A stretch of 64,000 nt of DNA. It comes from Minisyncoccota bacterium. Its GTDB lineage: Bacteria > Patescibacteriota > Minisyncoccia > Phycocordibacterales > SBAW01. The stretch covers positions 257,056 to 321,055 of the forward strand of contig DASZWN010000002.1 of the NCBI GenBank assembly GCA_035546575.1, given 5' to 3'. The position numbers were made by a program, and so were the translations under genes. Positions 28,625-38,815 of the stretch are shown in pieces; the first letter of the stretch is position 1; each line of letters starts with the position of its first letter. The notes beneath the pieces were generated by a model. That model made no database searches, was not told the origin of the DNA, and saw only the letters and a list, made by a program, of their open reading frames with translations.

Positions 28625-30451
28625 CTACTCGACCGTCACCGACTTCGCGAGATTGCGCGGCTGGTCGACGTCGGTCCCGAGCTTCACGGCCGTGTGATAG
28701 GCCAAGAATTGCACCGGGATCGCGTATACAAGCGGCGTAAGCACGGAGGCCATCTCCGGAAGGACAAAGGTTGCCATGGTTTTGACAGCCGCGGCTTTCT
28801 TGCCCTTCTGGTCGGTGATCAAGATGATTCGGCCTCCGCGAGCGGCGACCTCCTGCATGTTTGACACCGTTTTCTCGAAGATCTCGTTGTGCGGAGCGAT
28901 GACGATAACCGGCATCGCTTCGTCGATCAGCGCGATCGGTCCATGCTTGAGCTCGCCTGCGGCGTAACCCTCGGCATGAATGTAGGAGATCTCCTTGAGT
29001 TTGAGTGCGCCCTCCATCGCGATCGGGAACGAAGTCCCCCGACCAAGATACAGAACGTCCTTGGCTTGCATGAGATCTTGCGCCAATGCCTCGAACTGAG
29101 GCTCCAGACGCAACGCCTCACTCATGAGCCGCGGCACCTCGCTGATCGCGTGGACGAGATCTTTCTCGTCTGCTTCAGTGAGATATCCCCGCGCCTTCCC
29201 CGCCGCAACCGCGAGCGAGACAAGCACCGCGAGCTGCGAGGTAAAGGCCTTGGTCGACGCGACACCGACTTCCGGCCCTGCCAGAGTCGGCAGAATGTAG
29301 TCGGCTTCGCGAGCGATCGTCGAGCCTTGCACGTTGACGATCGCCGCGACCTTCTGGCCTTGCGACTTGGCGTAGCGCAGCGAGGCCAGCGTGTCCGCCG
29401 TCTCGCCCGACTGCGACACTACGATCGAAAGTCCGTGTTTCGGGAGCGGTTGCTCCCGATAGCGAAATTCCGACGCGATGTCGATGTCGACCGGAAGCCT
29501 CGCAAGCCGCTCGAACCAATACTTGGCGACAAGCCCGGCGTAGTATGCCGTGCCGCACGCCGTGATCGAAAGCCGATCAAGGCTTGCGAAGTCGATATGG
29601 ACGCCTTCCGGCAAGACTGCGTATCCTGCCGAAAAGTCGAGATAGCGAGCCAGCGTATGGCCTACAACCTCGGGCTGTTCGTGGATTTCCTTCGCCATGA
29701 AGTGGCGATAATTTCCCTTGTCAGCCATCAGGCTCGAAGCATTCGTGTACACCATCGGCCGCTTAACCGTGATATTGTTCTCGTCGTAGATCTTGGCACC
29801 CGAGCGAGTAAGCACTGCCCAGTCACCATCCTCGAGATACGTCACGCGATTGGTAAACGGAGCGAGCGCTACGGCGTCGGAGCCGAAGAACATCTCTCCA
29901 TCGCCGTGACCAATAGCAAGCGGCGCGCCTTTCCGAGCGCCGATCATCAGATTGTCCTGGCCCTCGAAGATGATCGCGAGCGAGAACGCACCGGTGAGGC
30001 GCTTGAGCACGTCTCGAACGACATTCTCGGGCACGGGCTCCTTCTTGAACCCTTGCTCAAGAAGCTGCGCCACCACTTCGGTGTCGGTGTCGGTATCGAA
30101 CTGCACGCCGCCTGCGATCAGCTCGTCCTTGAGCTCACGGAAGTTCTCGATGATGCCGTTGTGCACCAGCGCGAGACGCGGGGTTGCGTGCGGGTGCGCA
30201 TTGCGCTCCGTCGGAGCGCCGTGCGTTGCCCAACGCGTATGACCGATGCCGGTCTTGCCGGACAGCGGCTCTTGGTCGAGCTTCGCTTCGAGATTCTTGA
30301 GCTTCCCCTCGGCGCGACGCCGAGTGAGATGCCCATCTTCGAGAGTTGCCACGCCCGCGGAATCGTATCCGCGGTACTCAAGGCGCTTGAGAGCGTCGAC
30401 GAGTAGCGGGGCTACGGGACCTTGCCCGAGTATTCCAACGATTCCACACAT
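28625..30451 (-). CDS. glmS: glutamine--fructose-6-phosphate aminotransferase
   Basis: MCGIVGI N-terminal nucleophile, two SIS domains, C-terminal ...VTVE; start re-derived at 30451. Confidence 0.9.
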   Translation of the reverse strand: MCGIVGILGQGPVAPLLVDALKRLEYRGYDSAGVATLEDGHLTRRRAEGKLKNLEAKLDQEPLSGKTGIGHTRWATHGAPTERNAHPHATPRLALVHNGIIENFRELKDELIAGGVQFDTDTDTEVVAQLLEQGFKKEPVPENVVRDVLKRLTGAFSLAIIFEGQDNLMIGARKGAPLAIGHGDGEMFFGSDAVALAPFTNRVTYLEDGDWAVLTRSGAKIYDENNITVKRPMVYTNASSLMADKGNYRHFMAKEIHEQPEVVGHTLARYLDFSAGYAVLPEGVHIDFASLDRLSITACGTAYYAGLVAKYWFERLARLPVDIDIASEFRYREQPLPKHGLSIVVSQSGETADTLASLRYAKSQGQKVAAIVNVQGSTIAREADYILPTLAGPEVGVASTKAFTSQLAVLVSLAVAAGKARGYLTEADEKDLVHAISEVPRLMSEALRLEPQFEALAQDLMQAKDVLYLGRGTSFPIAMEGALKLKEISYIHAEGYAAGELKHGPIALIDEAMPVIVIAPHNEIFEKTVSNMQEVAARGGRIILITDQKGKKAAAVKTMATFVLPEMASVLTPLVYAIPVQFLAYHTAVKLGTDVDQPRNLAKSVTVE

Positions 30452-30540
30452 GGGTTTTGTACCCTTTCTAACTGTTGTTATAGAAGAACGTTCCATCCGT
30501 ATAGACGGACGAAATTGCTGGGCAATACAGTACTACAAAC

Positions 30541-31731
30541 TCAGCTTTGGCGATAGAGCGCGACAGCTTTTACAAGAGCTTTAGCAACACTTCTAGCCTG
30601 GCCTTTCGTAGCGCCTGGAAGCAGCGTAATGCGTATAGAATTTTTAGCTTTTGTACTTGAGATGCCGATCGCCGAGAGTACATGCGAGGGCGACTCGTCT
30701 TCGGTATCGCAAGCGGAGCGGGTCGAGATAGCGACACCCTGCGCATCAAGTGCGACAACCGCCATGTCACCGTTTAATTGCGGGATAGAAATATTGAGAT
30801 TATTAGGAGCGCGCAACTTCCCTACGGCACCATTGAGAGTTACGCCAAGAATTGCTTTTTCTATATGCTGCAAAAGATAGTCGCGAACTGCTGCCGTTTT
30901 TTCCGCTCGAGCTTCAACGCTTTGTTGCGCCTCTCTCAGCGCAATCGCGCACGCCCCAGCCAACAAGACATTTTCGGTTCCGCTCCTGCGGCCAGCCTCC
31001 TGTCCGCCTCCATATATATGCGGCTCAAGCCGTACCCCGCGACGCGCAAATAATACGCCGGCTCCTTTCGGCCCCAGCATCTTTTGCGCATCAAGCGTGA
31101 GCAGGTCGACACCCAGCTGCTCAACACCTATCTTGAGCCACAGCGGCGCTTGTGACGCATCGGTATGAAAGTAGACTGCACGCTCGGTCTCGCGGACTTT
31201 GCGTGCATGCCGAACTTCTTTTGCAAGCTCGCGAATGTTTTGTATCGTGCCCACCTCGCTATTGACCATTTGGACTGAAACAAAAAATGTTTTATCAGTC
31301 AGCGCCTCGCGCAGCGACTTATATGAAACAAGGCCCTGCTCGTCGACCGGGAGCTCTGTCAGCAGCAGCCCCTCTTTTTGGAGCGCGCGCAGGGGCTCGA
31401 GCACCGAGGAGTGCTCGATAGCAGTTGTTATCGCGTGCACATCTTCGCCCACGCGCAACAAGCGCCGCAGGGTGCCAAAAATAGCGAGGTTATTTGCCTC
31501 GGTGCCGCCGCTGGTAAAAATAATCTCGTCGGCATGCGCGCCGATTGTAGCGGCAATACTTTCGCGTGCGCGCTCCAGCTCATTTTTTGCCGCCACTGCC
31601 TCTGCATGCAACGCGCTCGGGTTGCCAAAGAGGCCCAGCAGCCGCCGCATCTCTTTGAGCACCGGTCGCGAGACCGGCGTAGCCGCCGCCGCATCGGCAT
31701 ATATTCTATTTTTTAACCTCAAAAACTTCAT
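30541..31731 (-). CDS. cysteine desulfurase (class V aminotransferase, IscS/NifS-like)
   Basis: PLP Lys region (DAQKMLGPKGAGVLF); active-site loop RSACDT. Confidence 0.85.
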   Translation of the reverse strand: MKFLRLKNRIYADAAAATPVSRPVLKEMRRLLGLFGNPSALHAEAVAAKNELERARESIAATIGAHADEIIFTSGGTEANNLAIFGTLRRLLRVGEDVHAITTAIEHSSVLEPLRALQKEGLLLTELPVDEQGLVSYKSLREALTDKTFFVSVQMVNSEVGTIQNIRELAKEVRHARKVRETERAVYFHTDASQAPLWLKIGVEQLGVDLLTLDAQKMLGPKGAGVLFARRGVRLEPHIYGGGQEAGRRSGTENVLLAGACAIALREAQQSVEARAEKTAAVRDYLLQHIEKAILGVTLNGAVGKLRAPNNLNISIPQLNGDMAVVALDAQGVAISTRSACDTEDESPSHVLSAIGISSTKAKNSIRITLLPGATKGQARSVAKALVKAVALYRQS

Positions 31732-31791
31732 TCTTTTTATGCAGCACCCCGCTCGCCCCGCGTTGCAATCTACTATATACTGCGTTTACGT

Positions 31792-33315
31792 ATGAGCGAA
31801 GGTATGCCCACAGCGGGGGCTCGACCCCCTATTGTTGCTATTGTAGGACACATCGACCACGGCAAGTCGACGCTTTTGGACTATATCCGCAAAACAAATG
31901 TGGTTGAGGGCGAAGCCGGCGGTATTACCCAGCACCTCTCGGCCTACGAAGCGGTGCATAAAAACATATCTGGCGAGCACCGCATCACCTTTCTCGACAC
32001 TCCGGGCCACGAGGCATTTAAAGCGATGCGCTCGCGCGGCCTTGAGGTTGCCGACGTCGCTATCTTGGTTGTCTCTGCCGAGGACGGCGTAAAGCCGCAG
32101 ACAATCGAGGCGCTCAAGCTGATAGAGAGCGTCAAAATCCCCTACATTGTCGCGCTTACAAAAATCGACAAAGAAAGCGCGAATGTAGAGAAAGCGAAGA
32201 TGTCTTTGCTTGAACACGGCATCTACTTGGAGGGACTCGGCGGCGAGGTGCCGTACATCGGGATCTCAAGCAAAACCGGCGAAGGAGTGCCCGAGTTACT
32301 TGATCTGATTTTGCTCGCTGCAGAACTGGAGGGCATCTCAGCTGACCCGACGCTGCCGGGCGAAGGCACAGTCATTGAGACGCATGTAGACAAGCGCCGC
32401 GGCAACAGCGCAACGCTGATTATCCAAAACGGCAGCATTGCAAGCGGCAACTATATTGTCTCGGGCGAGTCGTCTGCCCCGGTGCGCATCATGGAAAACT
32501 TTTTGGGTAAATCGATAAAAGAAGCAGGCCCTGGAAGCGCCGTGCTTATCGTCGGCTTCTCAACGCTGCCGCAGGTAGGTGCCACGTGGAAACAGATCGG
32601 AAATAAAAAAGAGGCCGAGGCGCTCGCGCAAGCGGCGCGCGTGCCAAAAGTGCAGCCGGCAGCAAAAGCAGCCACCCCACTCGCCGAAGGCGAGGAGGAA
32701 AAGATCCATATCATTTTGCCGCTCGTTATTAAAACCGATGTTGCCGGCACTGCCGAGGCCGTTATGCACGAGCTCGACAAGATTCCTAAAGACGAGCGCC
32801 TCGAGGTGCGCATTGTCTCGCGCGGCGTGGGCCCAGTATCCGAGAACGACGTAAAACTTGCCGGCAGCGGCACGCCGGGCATCGTGGTGGGCTTTAACGT
32901 AAAGGCAGAGAATACCGCGCGCGAACTTGCAGAACGCCAAGGGGTCTCGATCGGACTCTTCGACATCATCTACAAACTCTCAGAATGGCTTGCTGAGGAG
33001 CTCCTTAAGCGCCAACCGCGCGAGCAGCAAGAAGAGGCGGTCGGTAGTGCCAAAATTATTAAGATATTCAGTACCGCAAAAGGCAAAGTGATAGTAGGCG
33101 GCCGCGTCGAGAGCGGCGTGCTCACACAAGGCGCGGAGGTTAAGATCATGCGCCGCGACTTGGAACTTGGTCGCGGCACTATCGTGAGCCTCCAAACGCA
33201 AAAAGCTGCTGTAAAAGAGCTCGAGAGTGGCAAAGAATTTGGCGCGCAGATCAAAACCTCGTGCGAGCCGGCAAGCGGCGACACGATCGAGGCATTCACC
33301 ATGGTTCTTAAGTAA
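31792..33315 (+). CDS. infB: translation initiation factor IF-2 (short form, G domain onward)
   Basis: [26 protein letters not shown]. Confidence 0.9.
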   Translation: MSEGMPTAGARPPIVAIVGHIDHGKSTLLDYIRKTNVVEGEAGGITQHLSAYEAVHKNISGEHRITFLDTPGHEAFKAMRSRGLEVADVAILVVSAEDGVKPQTIEALKLIESVKIPYIVALTKIDKESANVEKAKMSLLEHGIYLEGLGGEVPYIGISSKTGEGVPELLDLILLAAELEGISADPTLPGEGTVIETHVDKRRGNSATLIIQNGSIASGNYIVSGESSAPVRIMENFLGKSIKEAGPGSAVLIVGFSTLPQVGATWKQIGNKKEAEALAQAARVPKVQPAAKAATPLAEGEEEKIHIILPLVIKTDVAGTAEAVMHELDKIPKDERLEVRIVSRGVGPVSENDVKLAGSGTPGIVVGFNVKAENTARELAERQGVSIGLFDIIYKLSEWLAEELLKRQPREQQEEAVGSAKIIKIFSTAKGKVIVGGRVESGVLTQGAEVKIMRRDLELGRGTIVSLQTQKAAVKELESGKEFGAQIKTSCEPASGDTIEAFTMVLK

Positions 33316-33321
33316 ACTATC

Positions 33322-33639
33322 ATGGCATCGATACATCACGAGAGAATGCAAGAAGCGCTGCGCGAAATTTCGGCAGAGTTTCTCGCGCGCGAGGCAAACC
33401 GCAACACGCTTGTTACCGTTACCCGCACGATGTTGAGCGAGGACGGCAAGCGCGCAAGCATCTACATCACCGTCCTACCCGACACTGCCGAGGTTGAGGC
33501 CCTCGCGTTTGCCAACCGCAACCGCACCGAATTGCGCGACTTTTTTAAAACCCGCGTGCGCGGCGCATTGCCGCCGGACATCACCTTTGAGATAGACATG
33601 GGCGAGAAAAATCGCCTGCGCCTCGACGAACTCTCTTAA
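33322..33639 (+). CDS. rbfA: ribosome-binding factor A
   Basis: RbfA KH-like core (LVTVTRTMLSEDGKRASIYITV); follows infB. Confidence 0.75.
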   Translation: MASIHHERMQEALREISAEFLAREANRNTLVTVTRTMLSEDGKRASIYITVLPDTAEVEALAFANRNRTELRDFFKTRVRGALPPDITFEIDMGEKNRLRLDELS

Positions 33640-33643
33640 TCGG

Positions 33644-33715
33644 AGGCCACGGCGGGAATCGCACCCGCGTATACAGGATTTGCAGTCCCGTGCCTTACTA
33701 CTTGGCTACGTGGCC
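33644..33715 (-). tRNA. tRNA-Cys(GCA)
   Basis: GGCCACG...CGTGGCC acceptor; anticodon loop CTGCAAA. Confidence 0.7.
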
Positions 33716-33759
33716 GATGGGTTGTACTCTAGCATATTTTCCGCGTAAGATTAGTGCAC

Positions 33760-33847
33760 GCCGGGGTGATGGAATTGGTAGACATACAGGACTTAAAATC
33801 CTGAGAGGCCTTAACTCCTCGTGTGGGTTCGATTCCCACCCCCGGCA
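33760..33847 (+). tRNA. tRNA-Leu(TAA)
   Basis: anticodon loop CTTAAAA, long variable arm. Confidence 0.8.
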
Positions 33848-33923
33848 CAAACTCCCGACAGTATAGAAAAATAGAAGATCTGTGCTATTATTTTTCGGAA
33901 CGCGCGATTGGCGCGTGATACAT

Positions 33924-33996
33924 GCGCCCATAGCTCAGTTGGTAGAGCAGCTCCCTCTTAAGGAGACGGTCCAAGGTTCGAATCCTTGTGGGCGCA
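33924..33996 (+). tRNA. tRNA-Lys(CTT)
   Basis: GCGCCCATAGCTCAGTTGGTAGAGC...anticodon loop CTCTTAA. Confidence 0.8.
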
Positions 33997-34005
33997 CAAA
34001 ACGCC

Positions 34006-34034
34006 AAAAATCTGCCCTGCGGCAGATTTTTTGG
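34006..34034 (+). terminator. rho-independent terminator after tRNA-Lys
   Basis: AAAAATCTGCCCTGCGGCAGATTTTTTGG. Confidence 0.75.
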
Positions 34035-34168
34035 TTTTGTGCGAGGCGCAGCCTTATCCCGCATTGGCGGGATGGCGAGCCGGGGTCGCGAGCGAATTCT
34101 GCGACGGCAGAATTCGACTTGTGACCACTCGTGCGAGGAGGTTCATTTCAGAGTAGAATGCGGTAATT

Positions 34169-34250
34169 GCTGGGGTGGCGGAATTGGTATACGCACGTGC
34201 CTTAGGAGCACGCGGGGCAACCCATGGAGGTTCAAGTCCTCTCCCCAGCA
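34169..34250 (+). tRNA. tRNA-Leu(TAG)
   Basis: anticodon loop CTTAGGA, long variable arm. Confidence 0.8.
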
Positions 34251-34328
34251 CAAGCAGCACAACCGGCTTTTTGGGCGGTTTTGTGCTTAGAGGCGTTTTT
34301 TGAGCCTTATGTTACAAGGCTTTTTTAC

Positions 34329-34358
34329 TTGACAAAATGGTATGTATTGTGATATAAT
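34329..34358 (+). promoter_or_regulatory. near-perfect sigma70-type promoter (TTGACA, 18 nt spacer, TGaTATAAT) followed by a strong SD AAGGAGG before the ATG at 34431
   Basis: sequence TTGACAAAATGGTATGTATTGTGATATAAT read directly from the window. Confidence 0.6.
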
Positions 34359-34430
34359 ATTGGGTAGAGCGTAAGGCCGTAAAAAGCCCCGCGCGCTCAT
34401 CGACAATTACATAGCAAAAAGGAGGGCGAA

Positions 34431-35477
34431 ATGCCCGATACAACGGCACCAGCGCCTGATCCCTCAAAAGAGGGATACTTTCTCGATTTACCCAGTCCGC
34501 GCGATAGCACGGTTGAGCGCGATCGAGCATCTCGTGCGCTCGACTTCGCGATCTCAACCATTGTGCTGTGGGGCGGACCGATCGTTCTCCTCCTCTGGTG
34601 GTCAATGTTGGTGTCTCCCTCACTCGCACCCTTCGCGATCCTGATCGGATTCGTGATCGGCGCATTCCTGGAATATCTGGGGACGCAGAAGCTGATCATC
34701 TACAACGAGGAATGGACGGCCTATGCGACAAACGACCCGTTTAGCGGGGACAACGTCGCATACGGACCGGGAGCCCATCTGTCCCACTTCTGGGAACAGC
34801 GCAACAAGAGCGGTATCTATTCGCTCGAGCGCATAACCAGGGTGTTTACCGTCGATGTGGCGACGACGACCAGCAAGGTCACGGCAACCGTTACCTACCA
34901 ATACGCCGTGTACTTGCCTTGGTTGCTCAACTTCATCGGCAACGACATATCGACAATCGAGAGCGGCTTCATCGGCTTTCTCCAAAGCTTCCTCACGGAA
35001 AAACTCGCCGGAGATACCGCCGAAAGTGCGCGGAAGAAAATCCGCGAACTGAACACCTTACTTGCGCAGGAGTTCATGCAGGTTAAAAACCTCGCAGGAA
35101 CGAGTGCGCGGGAATTCGAGGAAAAGAACGGGATTCTTAGTGTGAGCATCCTGATTACCGGGCTCGCATTGCCGGAAGCCGTTCAGAAAACTCGCGACGC
35201 CGTCGAGGAAGCGCGAGTCCTGATGGAAGTTGCCGCTCGGATGATGGGCAAGGATCCTGAAAAATTCATGCAGCAAGTGCTTGATGGAACGATCCCGTGG
35301 TCGCAGTACGAGAAGATCCTCAACCGCGCCATGGCTGTCTCCGAGAACGCACAGCTGGAGCTGTTTGCGGTCGAAGGAGATATCGGCAATCTTGGAGCCG
35401 CTGCTCTTGCTCGCTTTGCCAAGCATGGTCTTGGCGGCGGCGAAGAAGGCGGCAAGAAAAAAGGTAAAGGAAAGTGA
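34431..35477 (+). CDS. membrane protein (2 TM), possibly SPFH/band-7-like
   Basis: two TM helices, then a roughly 250 aa domain, then a Gly/Lys-rich tail; family assignment is weak. Confidence 0.45.
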   Translation: MPDTTAPAPDPSKEGYFLDLPSPRDSTVERDRASRALDFAISTIVLWGGPIVLLLWWSMLVSPSLAPFAILIGFVIGAFLEYLGTQKLIIYNEEWTAYATNDPFSGDNVAYGPGAHLSHFWEQRNKSGIYSLERITRVFTVDVATTTSKVTATVTYQYAVYLPWLLNFIGNDISTIESGFIGFLQSFLTEKLAGDTAESARKKIRELNTLLAQEFMQVKNLAGTSAREFEEKNGILSVSILITGLALPEAVQKTRDAVEEARVLMEVAARMMGKDPEKFMQQVLDGTIPWSQYEKILNRAMAVSENAQLELFAVEGDIGNLGAAALARFAKHGLGGGEEGGKKKGKGK

Positions 35478-35947
35478 ACCTTCAGGAAGCAAAGACCAAG
35501 GCTGAAGCAACCGGCACCGCGGGCGTGAAGAAGTTCCGGATATTCATCCGGAACGGCATCATTGCCATTTCGGTAATCATCGTGTTGGTGGTGAGTCCGT
35601 TCTTCTTCATCCATCGCCAGGATACGGTAACCGCAACCACGGCACCGGCCCCAGTGGCCGTCGCTCCGATCATACCCTGTCTCGAGCGTGTCTGTTCGGT
35701 GACGTTGACACCCAACCAATCCAAACAGATAAACCCGGACGGGTACTACGTCTACCCGAGGGTCGACTATGGAAGCGTCGAACTCTCCGGACCTGGAGGC
35801 AGCATGTCTCTCGGTCCGGACGGTGCCGACTTCCAGCCCTACCTGGTGACGACGGTTCAGGCAGATGGCGGTGGCGCGAGCATGCGCTACATTCTCTGCC
35901 CTGGACCCAAGACAAAGGAAGGCATGTCCCGGTGGGACTGTTCCTAA
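35474..35947 (+). CDS. membrane-anchored hypothetical protein (GTG start, overlaps the upstream stop)
   Basis: N-terminal TM; translationally coupled to the upstream gene. Confidence 0.4.
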   Translation: MNLQEAKTKAEATGTAGVKKFRIFIRNGIIAISVIIVLVVSPFFFIHRQDTVTATTAPAPVAVAPIIPCLERVCSVTLTPNQSKQINPDGYYVYPRVDYGSVELSGPGGSMSLGPDGADFQPYLVTTVQADGGGASMRYILCPGPKTKEGMSRWDCS

Positions 35948-35957
35948 ACACGAAAAC

Positions 35958-35988
35958 ACGGCGCGCATCCCACAAGGGTGCGCGCCGT
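35958..35988. terminator. bidirectional hairpin terminator
   Basis: ACGGCGCGCA-loop-TGCGCGCCGT. Confidence 0.65.
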
Positions 35989-36006
35989 ATTGCTTTGTAT
36001 ATATGG

Positions 36007-36288
36007 TTAGTGAGGCAGGGGCGCGTTGATCGTGTTCGCTACAATTTTGAGTATGGTATATGCGGCAACCATGATAAACATGCCGATTATCCCCCAGAGC
36101 ATATGTTGCTTCCCTTTTGATTTATCCGCTTCGCCTCCCTGCATGCCCCACATAAACTCGACAATGCCGTACACGAACACGAGCAGCCCTGCAGCAAAAA
36201 TAAGTGCAATGATCGGGTTGATCACTACGTTGGTAAGGCAATTAGCGATAGCCTCGGCGCTATCAAGACATCTGGTTGATGCACCCAT
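36007..36288 (-). CDS. VirB2/TrbC-like two-helix pilin-like membrane protein (paralog 1)
   Basis: hydrophobic helix, then a GG[E/D]-K loop, then a second hydrophobic helix; paralogous to the next three genes. Confidence 0.5.
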   Translation of the reverse strand: MGASTRCLDSAEAIANCLTNVVINPIIALIFAAGLLVFVYGIVEFMWGMQGGEADKSKGKQHMLWGIIGMFIMVAAYTILKIVANTINAPLPH

Positions 36289-36296
36289 GGGAGTTA

Positions 36297-36590
36297 TTAC
36301 TGGTTATTGTACTGCGGGACAGTCGGAGCCGGGAGTGCACCGCCGCCGCTGATGCCGAGCGTATTTTGCGCCAAACGAATGATGCCCCAAACCGATACCA
36401 TCACAAAGAGCGCTACGAGACCGGCTATCATAATATTGCGACCCTGCGTGTGGTCCTCGCCGCCGCTGATGACATATTTGACCAAGCCCCAGAAAAAAGC
36501 GACGAGCGCGAGTGCAATAAAGAGCGGTATAAGCGAGTTGAGGATCCCGCCTGCAAAAGTGATAAGACTTTGAAGATTATTACCTGGCAT
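36297..36590 (-). CDS. VirB2/TrbC-like two-helix pilin-like membrane protein (paralog 2)
   Basis: same architecture; the ...WGIIRLAQNTL motif is shared. Confidence 0.5.
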   Translation of the reverse strand: MPGNNLQSLITFAGGILNSLIPLFIALALVAFFWGLVKYVISGGEDHTQGRNIMIAGLVALFVMVSVWGIIRLAQNTLGISGGGALPAPTVPQYNNQ

Positions 36591-36661
36591 AAAAGTGGTT
36601 TACGAGTATGAGTTAACTCTAGCAAGAGCGTTGCACACTACAAGGAGTGCGTGTGGATAGC

Positions 36662-36997
36662 CTACTTGGCGTTGGGAGGAATAATATTAATAGGATTCCC
36701 TGTTGCTTGAGGCTCATTACTACCACCGCCTGTGCCTAGGAAGGTGTTGGTTAGTATTTTGAGTATCCCCCAGATAGAAAAGAGTACGAACAGAGCGATA
36801 AGTCCCCACAAAAGCGCCTCACGCTCAGGACCTTTGCCACCGCTCTCTTCTGCTCTTGTGACATAGCGCACACCGGAGTACATAAAGATAACCACAGCGA
36901 GCACGGTGAGCACCGGTATCGCAAGATTAATAATGCCTATCAAAAACAGGACAACATCTTTAATCGATGATGCATTGGAGAGCATAGTTAGCCGCAA
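36662..36997 (-). CDS. VirB2/TrbC-like two-helix pilin-like membrane protein (paralog 3)
   Basis: same architecture; ...WGILKILTNTF. Confidence 0.5.
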   Translation of the reverse strand: MRLTMLSNASSIKDVVLFLIGIINLAIPVLTVLAVVIFMYSGVRYVTRAEESGGKGPEREALLWGLIALFVLFSIWGILKILTNTFLGTGGGSNEPQATGNPINIIPPNAK

Positions 36998-37500
36998 GAG
37001 CTGATGCCAGTAACGCCCAATTGCTGGAGCGTGTTCATGATCACAGCGGCAATGAGCGAAGCGCCGACAAATATCCCGATACCGATAATGACGTTCAAGA
37101 AGTTGCTTCTCGCTTCGGTCAGCTCGCCGGGGTTGCCTTGCGCAAGCACGAACTTAAACCCAGCCCAGACAATAAAGAGTATGGCTACTGGAATACCGAT
37201 TACCATCACCGCCTTGAGCAGGCCGGTTACCAACCCGCAAACCGTTTTAAATTTTAGCGGGTTGCAGAGCGTGCCCGGCTGGCAGTCTGAAGGATTAACT
37301 GTATTCCCGGTAAAGCCTGCGTTTGGTCCACTACCGAGACCAGCATTAGGCCCACTTCCAGTACCTGCATTAGGACCTGAACCGAAACCAGCATTTGGCC
37401 CGTCAGTTGCGCCCTGCACGAACATGAGCGGCAAAAGAAAAACCACAATCGTAAAAAAGATACTTATTGATTGTCTGTATTTAAAAAGAAATATGCTCAT
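36988..37500 (-). CDS. VirB2/TrbC-like pilin-like protein (paralog 4) with a signal peptide, four SGPNAGxG repeats and a Cys pair
   Basis: signal peptide; tandem 24 bp repeats at about 37290-37400; C-terminal two-helix domain. Confidence 0.5.
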   Translation of the reverse strand: MSIFLFKYRQSISIFFTIVVFLLPLMFVQGATDGPNAGFGSGPNAGTGSGPNAGLGSGPNAGFTGNTVNPSDCQPGTLCNPLKFKTVCGLVTGLLKAVMVIGIPVAILFIVWAGFKFVLAQGNPGELTEARSNFLNVIIGIGIFVGASLIAAVIMNTLQQLGVTGISSCG

Positions 37501-38795
37501 CGTCGTGGCAAAAGTTGCTGCAAAGCCTGCGCGCCTTCCGAAACCGCGGTGGCCGGAGTCGACTTGCCACTCACCACAGATTCTATCATGCTCTGAAATA
37601 CGCTATCACTCTGGAGCGGGTTCGGGTCGAGCCAGCCGCGCGCAATAAGTGCCGACTGCACAAACACGCTCGCTGCAGCCGAGCCCGCGGTGTCAACAGC
37701 CACGTCGCGGCGCACCGGCGGCAAGCTGAGTGCCCCCGAGATAAGTCCGATCGAATTCTGCGCGCTAAACTTTTCGGCAACCGCCAGCGCGCCTTGGATA
37801 TTGCGGGCACTGCGCGGGATAGCAAAACCGGTGATGTGCGCTGTAGTTACCTGCGAAGTGTTTCCGTCGATCTGCGGCACCGACGCAACCGAAAAGCGGA
37901 GGTTAGGATTGCGCTGAGCGATGGCAGTATACTCACTCGCCAAGCCAAAGTAGACACCTACATCACCCGCCACAAATGCATCTTGCGCAGACGGCAGCGA
38001 GCGATTCCACGAGTAGCTCGTCTTACTTGGGTTTGCAAACTCGGTATAAAAGCGCAGCGCCGACTCTGCCGGGTTAGAAGTCGCACCTTCGGCATTGCTG
38101 CCAAACACCACCACAGGAGCGCCCGAGGAGTTACGCATGATTATGTTGTCGCCCACTTGCATAAAGAGCGCCGAAAGGATCTCTTTAGCGTTTGGGATAT
38201 TGCGCCACTCACCAAGCGCAACCGCGCTCTTTTTAACCGTGGAGCGGGAATCGAGCGAGGTTATCTTTGGTGCGATAGTCAAAAAATCGTTCCAATGTGC
38301 CGGAGGTGCCGCGATGCCTGCGGAGGCAAAGAGGTCGCGGTTCCAGTACATCACAAGCGGATCAATCGTAAACGGCAGCGCCAACTCCCCTTGCGGCGTC
38401 AAAAATATATCCGACGCGTCGACATACGAGGCGTTGTAGCTCCCCTGAGAGAGCGCACTGTATGGAATGGTAAGTATCTTGTCGGAAAACGAGAGCAGGT
38501 CGTCGCCCGAGAGCAAAAAGAGGTCGGGCCCACTGCCTGCGGCCATCGCGTTAACGAGCGTTTCGTTGTAGGAGCCCGCGTTTTTTTGCACGTAGGTCAC
38601 ACTGTCGAGCGATTTGTCGGTCGAGTGGAGCGTGTCGATAAGCCCCTGCATCGTTTGCGAGTCGAGCGTACCCCAGATGGTCACCTGGCCGATAGTTTTG
38701 CCGCCAAGCACGCCGCCAAACAGCGCAAAGACGCCGATGCCTACCATGATGAGCGAAGCAAATATGCCGAGAACGATTATCTGAAACGTGGACAT
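37497..38795 (-). CDS. membrane-anchored extracellular solute-binding protein (SBP family 1-like), orphan
   Basis: N-terminal anchor; ...LVMYWNRDLF and HWNDF hallmarks of SBP_bac_1; no adjacent permease or ATPase. Confidence 0.5.
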   Translation of the reverse strand: MSTFQIIVLGIFASLIMVGIGVFALFGGVLGGKTIGQVTIWGTLDSQTMQGLIDTLHSTDKSLDSVTYVQKNAGSYNETLVNAMAAGSGPDLFLLSGDDLLSFSDKILTIPYSALSQGSYNASYVDASDIFLTPQGELALPFTIDPLVMYWNRDLFASAGIAAPPAHWNDFLTIAPKITSLDSRSTVKKSAVALGEWRNIPNAKEILSALFMQVGDNIIMRNSSGAPVVVFGSNAEGATSNPAESALRFYTEFANPSKTSYSWNRSLPSAQDAFVAGDVGVYFGLASEYTAIAQRNPNLRFSVASVPQIDGNTSQVTTAHITGFAIPRSARNIQGALAVAEKFSAQNSIGLISGALSLPPVRRDVAVDTAGSAAASVFVQSALIARGWLDPNPLQSDSVFQSMIESVVSGKSTPATAVSEGAQALQQLLPRR

Positions 38796-38815
38796 GACTG
38801 TTGTAATAATGCGGC

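Noticed and set aside
28889-30406. 505 aa plus-strand ORF, and several other long ORFs (for example 35183-35968, 37515-38819, 43158-44129, 44259-45074, 47481-48215, 53305-54141), lying antisense to clear genes
   Set aside because: They sit opposite well-supported genes (glmS, the membrane gene pair, the SBP-like gene, gyrA, rpsA, ftsZ) in GC-rich DNA where stop codons are rare, and their translations are low-complexity R/A/S-rich. They are shadow ORFs.
37290-37400. Tandem 24 bp repeats (SGPNAGxG x4) as a possible VNTR or CRISPR
   Set aside because: They lie in frame inside pilin-like paralog 4 and encode a Gly/Pro/Asn linker; this is a coding low-complexity repeat.
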